In this document: piece after piece, positions 18,351 to 20,000 of the stretch | Position numbering within the stretch: position 1 is the stretch's first letter | How the letters are laid out: each line of letters starts with the position of its first letter | Origin: Isoptericola halotolerans | Lineage (GTDB): Bacteria; Actinomycetota; Actinomycetes; Actinomycetales; Cellulomonadaceae | Assembly (NCBI RefSeq): GCF_013149785.1 | Contig: NZ_JABEZU010000002.1 | Location: 920,927-940,926 of the forward strand | Reading direction: 5' to 3' | DNA length: 20,000 bases | The notes under the pieces: generated by a model | Databases searched by the model: none | Told to the model about the DNA's origin: nothing | The model's input: the letters and a program-made list of their open reading frames with translations, nothing else | Program-made: the position numbers and the translations under genes

Positions 18351-19055
18351 GTGCGCCACCCCAGATCGTCGGCCCGCGTGGCCGAGTCCACGAAGCGCCC
18401 CGTGCCACGCCTCGGACCACGGCGTGTGGTCGCCCTCGTCGCGGGGGCGACGGTCGCGGCGGTGCTCGTCGTGATCGCCGTCCTGTCGTGGGGTGACGAC
18501 GACGGCCCGACGTCCGGCGCCGCCGTCGACCCCGCACGGGTCGCGGAGCTCGAGCGCGCCGAGGTCGAGCGGAACGAGCAGACCCTGGAGGCGCTGGCGG
18601 AGTTCGGCCTCGAGCTCCAGGACGAGCTCTCGCCGGTGCTCGAGGGACTGCAGGCGGCGGAGCCGCCGGACGGGTCGTCCCGTCGAGAGCCGACGGCGGA
18701 GGAGCTCGACCGGTGGCGCGGCGTGCTCGATGCGCTGGCGACCGACGCCGAGGCCCTCCCCCTGGGCGCGACGGAGCACAACATGGTCCGTCGGGGCTTC
18801 GCCCTCACGGTCGAGATGCTGGGCAGCTCGGTCGACCTCGTCGAGCAGGGGTCTGCGGCCGACCCGCCGACCGCGGGCACGCTGTACGGGCTCTCGGGCG
18901 ACGTCCGGGGACAGGCCGTCGATGCCTTCGGCATGGCCGCGATGCAGCTCGACCTGCTCTACATCGCGGCGGACAAGGGGCACCTGCACGTCGTCCTGCG
19001 CGCAGGGGAGGACGGCGCTCCGATCGACGACCCGCACGCGGGCCACGGGCACTGA
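18351..19055 (+). CDS. Hypothetical single-pass membrane protein with a helical acidic domain and His-rich C-terminus, 234 aa
   Basis: GAGAGGAAA RBS before GTG 18351; Arg-rich N-terminus, TM VVALVAGATVAAVLVVIAVLSW, amphipathic helices; ends KGHLHVVL...DDPHAGHGH; GC3-biased codons. Confidence 0.8.
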   Translation: MRHPRSSARVAESTKRPVPRLGPRRVVALVAGATVAAVLVVIAVLSWGDDDGPTSGAAVDPARVAELERAEVERNEQTLEALAEFGLELQDELSPVLEGLQAAEPPDGSSRREPTAEELDRWRGVLDALATDAEALPLGATEHNMVRRGFALTVEMLGSSVDLVEQGSAADPPTAGTLYGLSGDVRGQAVDAFGMAAMQLDLLYIAADKGHLHVVLRAGEDGAPIDDPHAGHGH

Positions 19056-19080
19056 ACGGTGCCGTCCGCGACCGCCCGTG

Positions 19081-19632
19081 TCAGTGGATGTCGCCGCGGA
19101 GCATGACGATGTCGTCGTGCTCGACCCCACCGACCACGTAGGTGCGACGCCCGACGACGTCGAAGCCGTACCGTCGGTAGAACGCCTGGGCGCGGGTGTT
19201 CTCGCTGTTGGTCCCCAGCCAGTACGGGAGGCCGGGCGCGAGCTGCGCCGCTTCCTCGGACGCCGTGGCCATCAGCCGGGCGGCGGTGCCGGCCCCGAGG
19301 TGGTCGGGGCGCACGTAGATCTTGGACAGCTCGACGTAGGGGCCCGGCCCGGCGGCGGTCCGCAGCGCGGCGGCCTCCTCGTCGCCCGGCTCCCCCCGGG
19401 CGAGCAGCGCGTAGCCGGCAGGCGCACCGCCGTCGTCGGCGACCAGCAGGCGGTGGTCGGCCGACAGTGCCCAGTCGGTGAAGCGCGCCGGCGTGAGATG
19501 GGCGGCCACGTGCGCGGCCATGGTGGCGACCGGTGTGCCGGGCGGGCACGCGAGCGGGAAGGTCAGCGCGGCCAGCCAGGCGATCTCGGCGGCCTCGGAG
19601 GGGCGGGCGGGGCGGACGACAGCGGTGGTCAC
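19081..19632 (-). CDS. GNAT-family N-acetyltransferase, 183 aa
   Basis: VRPARPSEA, AALTFPLACPP, ELSKIYVRPDHLGAGTA (acetyl-CoA motif A), WLGTNSENTRAQAFYRRYGF (motif B). Confidence 0.9.
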   Translation of the reverse strand: MTTAVVRPARPSEAAEIAWLAALTFPLACPPGTPVATMAAHVAAHLTPARFTDWALSADHRLLVADDGGAPAGYALLARGEPGDEEAAALRTAAGPGPYVELSKIYVRPDHLGAGTAARLMATASEEAAQLAPGLPYWLGTNSENTRAQAFYRRYGFDVVGRRTYVVGGVEHDDIVMLRGDIH

Positions 19633-19645
19633 GCCCTCGAACCTA
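19633..19645 (-). promoter_or_regulatory. Putative leaderless promoter -10 of the GNAT gene (TAGGTT)
   Basis: Minus-strand TAGGTT at 19640-19645, 7 nt before the GTG. Confidence 0.55.
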
Positions 19646-19708
19646 GCGTGCTGCGGTGCGCACAGGAGGGGTCGCGTCGGCGTGTGCCGGGGGTCACGGT
19701 CACCGGAG

Positions 19709-19737
19709 TTGGCGCGGCCGACATCGGCGTGTAACGT
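19709..19737 (+). promoter_or_regulatory. rRNA operon upstream promoter (P1-like)
   Basis: TTGGCG (19709-19714), 17 nt, TAACGT (19732-19737). Confidence 0.65.
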
Positions 19738-19885
19738 TCTCGACGTCAGCCCGACAGGGAACGGACACCGCGAGGTGGCCGCCGGGGCTGGAACTCACAT
19801 CGAACAACCAGGACCCGCCTTCGTGCGCGGTCAGGTCAGAGATGTGGGGCCTTCCGAGAGTCAGCCTCCGGGCCGCGAGAGCGGG

Positions 19886-19915
19886 TTGGACAGGGCGAGG
19901 CGAAACGGGTAAGGT
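19886..19915 (+). promoter_or_regulatory. rRNA operon downstream promoter (P2/PCL1-like)
   Basis: TTGGACA (19886-19892), 17 nt, TAAGGT (19910-19915), followed by the GCCCC-ggat-GGGGC hairpin (boxB-like, 19925-19938). Confidence 0.7.
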
Positions 19916-19974
19916 TGAAGGGTTGCCCCGGATGGGGCCGGAGCGGTTGTTCCGGTGCTGGATGGTGTGCGTCG

Positions 19975-20000
19975 GTTGTTTGAGAACTCAACAGTGTGCT
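19975..20000 (+). promoter_or_regulatory. rrn leader boxA antitermination / conserved leader element; 16S rRNA gene expected just beyond the window
   Basis: GTTGTTTGAGAACTCAACAGTGTG matches the conserved actinobacterial rrn leader (boxA). Confidence 0.85.

Noticed and set aside
19916..20000. 16S rRNA gene
   Set aside because: Only promoters and leader/boxA are present; the mature 16S 5' sequence (AGAGTTTGATC) is not in the window.

Overview
High-GC actinobacterial (Micrococcales-like) chromosomal window. Left: the 5' part of a flavin-containing monooxygenase (minus strand, runs off the window) divergent from ligA. Centre (3334-19055): a sugar/glycoside locus. A ROK repressor and a cytoplasmic ThuA-family gene lie on the minus strand, divergent from a ~13.7 kb plus-strand run. 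That run encodes a ribose-type ABC importer, a levoglucosan-dehydrogenase-like Gfo/Idh/MocA oxidoreductase, a 1958-aa secreted multidomain protein (ThuA + GSDH-type beta-propeller + PKD/CBM6-like/ConA-like modules + three Cys-bracketed repeats), a membrane-anchored protein with a predicted N-terminal His, a TIM-barrel isomerase/hydratase-family enzyme and a His-tailed membrane protein. Right: a GNAT acetyltransferase, then the tandem promoters and boxA leader of an rRNA operon whose 16S gene starts beyond the window. Main hypothesis: the locus breaks down glycosides non-hydrolytically (oxidise-eliminate-hydrate) and has an extracellular arm, a secreted oxidoreductase-eliminase fusion with two candidate metal-binding surface partners. 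Family assignments are from motif recognition only; no searches were run.
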